From the NCBI GenBank assembly GCA_976551045.1, contig CDPCPM010000280.1:248001-312000 (forward strand): a stretch of DNA of 64,000 bases. The letters are read 5' to 3'. This DNA comes from Glaucostegus cemiculus (Eukaryota). Positions 62,200 through 64,000 of this stretch are shown one piece after another. A program made the translations under genes and the position numbers. Positions within the stretch are counted from its first letter, which is position 1; each line of letters starts with the position of its first letter. The notes beneath the pieces were generated by a model, which was given only the letters and a program-made list of their open reading frames with translations, was not told where the DNA came from and searched no databases.

Positions 62200-62770
62200 C
62201 AGAAAAGATCTGTAAAGAAAGAAACTTGAGTTATTAATGTTTCAGCTAGATAATCATTCACTTGAACAAGAAAGTTGTTAGGCATGAGGTAAGTATTAAG
62301 ATGGAGAGAAAAGAGGGATGGGGGAAAGTAACTAAAAGGATGATCTGTGATAGGCAAGATTGTGTAAGACAAAAAGGGATGGTAATTGAACAAGAAAAGC
62401 ATCATAAGATAGCTCCAGAGGAGATGTAAATGGAAGTAGAGTAGGTATCTGATGTTGCTGAACACGGATATTGAGCCTGTAATGTGCCTAAAATCAAAAG
62501 ATGAGGCATTGTCCCTGGAGTTCCCGATGAGGATTATTGGAACGCTGCAGGATGCCAAGGACAAATAGGTGAGACTGGGAGTCATGAGTAATTTGCCATC
62601 CCACTTCCATTCTGCCTTTTGCCTTTGGTCTGTTGCACAGTTATGATGGAGCTCAAAGCAAATTTAGAATATATATCAGCCTTTCCAGACTATTGATTTG
62701 AAAGATTAACTGTTTCTCTGCAGATGCTACCTGACCTGTTTGGTATTTTCAGCATCAAGAATTTTAATTT
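62200..62770. mobile_element. Penelope 3' fragments in opposite orientations (- at 62200-62590, + at 62590-62770)
   Basis: Purine-rich body and gatgttgctgaacacggatattgagcc (reverse of the ORF C-terminus), then attgatttgaaagattaactgtttctctgcagatgctacctgacctg. Confidence 0.55.
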
Positions 62771-63224
62771 GGCTTTCAAAATGCTTATTCCATTTCATTT
62801 ATGCTTTAGCCAAGTTCTCATATTCAAAAGGTGTTATAAATTTTAAATATTTAATGGGAAGCATAACATTTGCTATTATTGTAAGTGAATTTTAAGTCAC
62901 TTTAGAACAGAGTATCTTAAATATATAAGCAAATATGAGTCATTCAATTATTAGTAAAACTTTATTTATCATAATATAAGTCAGTTTTAAATGCTGCCTT
63001 TATATTACAGTATTTGATGTGATTCTGTGACGCTATTCAATAGGAACTATTTTAAAGAGCTTTAATCCATTTCCCCTTCATTTTTAAACAGTACATTTGA
63101 TAATTTGTTCTGAACCGTTTGAGGTTCTCTGTATTTATCTTTCCTTTGTCCAATTAACTACCTTTATAAAATAATTACATTGTTGTAGATATGTATCCAC
63201 CTTCAAATACAACTGAAATAATTT

Positions 63225-63420
63225 TGTGAGAACACAAAACTGAAAATCTGAAATAAAACCAAAACCAAGAAATAAAATGGAAAAACTCAGCAGATCCAGT
63301 GGTGGCCATGGAGAAAGAAACATTATGGGTCAATAATCTTCAAAATTAGGTAAAGTGAGAAATCATCAAAGAAATTTTAAGTTGCAGATGGAGAGGAATG
63401 CCGAGAACAAAGGAAAATGA
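63225..63420 (-). mobile_element. Penelope terminal-repeat fragment
   Basis: aaatctgaaataaaacc...aaaactcagcagatccagtgg..catggagaaagaaaca, homologous to 4690-4850. Confidence 0.55.
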
Positions 63421-63477
63421 CATTCCAATCATTTTTTTATTGGAATAGATAACTCTTTGGTTTCTTCATTCAATTTT

Positions 63478-63810
63478 TTGGATCTAGGCATCATCAGCTA
63501 GGCCAGTATTTGTTGCCCATCCCTAATTGTGCTTGCTTGCTTGCTTAGCCATTTTAGAGAACTTCTAAGAATTAATCACATTGATGGGTTTATAAAGACA
63601 AGTGAGGATGGCAGATTTCCTACCCACACCAGTGAATCAGATAGAACTTTATGACGATCAGGTTATACTTTATGGTCATCATTGCCAATAACTTTTATTA
63701 GTTATATTCCAGTTAAATACCTGATTTTTTTAATTGAATTTAAATTCTAGTCTCTGGATTGTTAGTTCAGGCCTCTGGAATACTAGGTTGGTAATTTAAC
63801 AGCTCTGCCC
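63478..63810 (-). mobile_element. tRNA-derived SINE (LINE 5' end + LINE 3' tail family)
   Basis: Minus strand: aatccagagactagaatttaaattcaa...aatgatgacc...ggaaatctgccatcc...aaatggctaagcaagc, joined to caattagggatgggcaacaaatactggcctagc. Confidence 0.75.
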
Positions 63811-64000
63811 ATTTATTCAAATTATTGTTATCCCTCCTAATTTTTTAACATAAGTAACATCTTGCTTAAAGATTCACTACGTTTTAAGCACATGGATTGC
63901 ATTAACCTTTAAGTGGCATAAAACTGATGCAATGTAGATGGAAACAAAAATGCTTCCAAACTTGTAAATTATTTGCATCATTGTCCCCTTCTTGAGATTT

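Noticed and set aside
1-64000. CRISPR array, operon or other prokaryotic/viral system
   Set aside because: No regularly spaced repeats and no gene-dense coding; the sequence is vertebrate repeat-rich non-coding DNA.

Overview
This is eukaryotic, AT-rich, repeat-dense non-coding DNA. The repeat content points to a cartilaginous fish, possibly a ray or sawfish (inference only): HE1-like V-SINEs, SacSINE1/Deu-like SINEs, HER1-like CR1 LINEs, Rex1/Babar, RTE, L2, Penelope and Gypsy remnants. I found no recognisable host protein-coding exon, rRNA, tRNA gene or CRISPR array. The window looks like a large intron or an intergenic region, and every recognisable ORF is a retroelement fragment. Main observations: (1) a near full-length CR1-group LINE (about 52040-57092) begins with a tRNA-derived SINE head, and a SINE family in the same window equals this LINE's 5' end joined to its 3' tail; (2) Penelope-derived palindromic mini-elements carry decayed minimal hammerhead ribozyme cores; (3) a young CpG-rich solo LTR with an ATGT target-site duplication holds a compact promoter-like motif cluster; (4) V-SINEs share a head but carry different LINE-type tails; (5) there is a candidate recursive splice site; (6) there are several nested insertions. 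Repeat boundaries were read by eye and are approximate (tens of bp) unless a TSD is given. Family names are from recalled motifs, not database searches.
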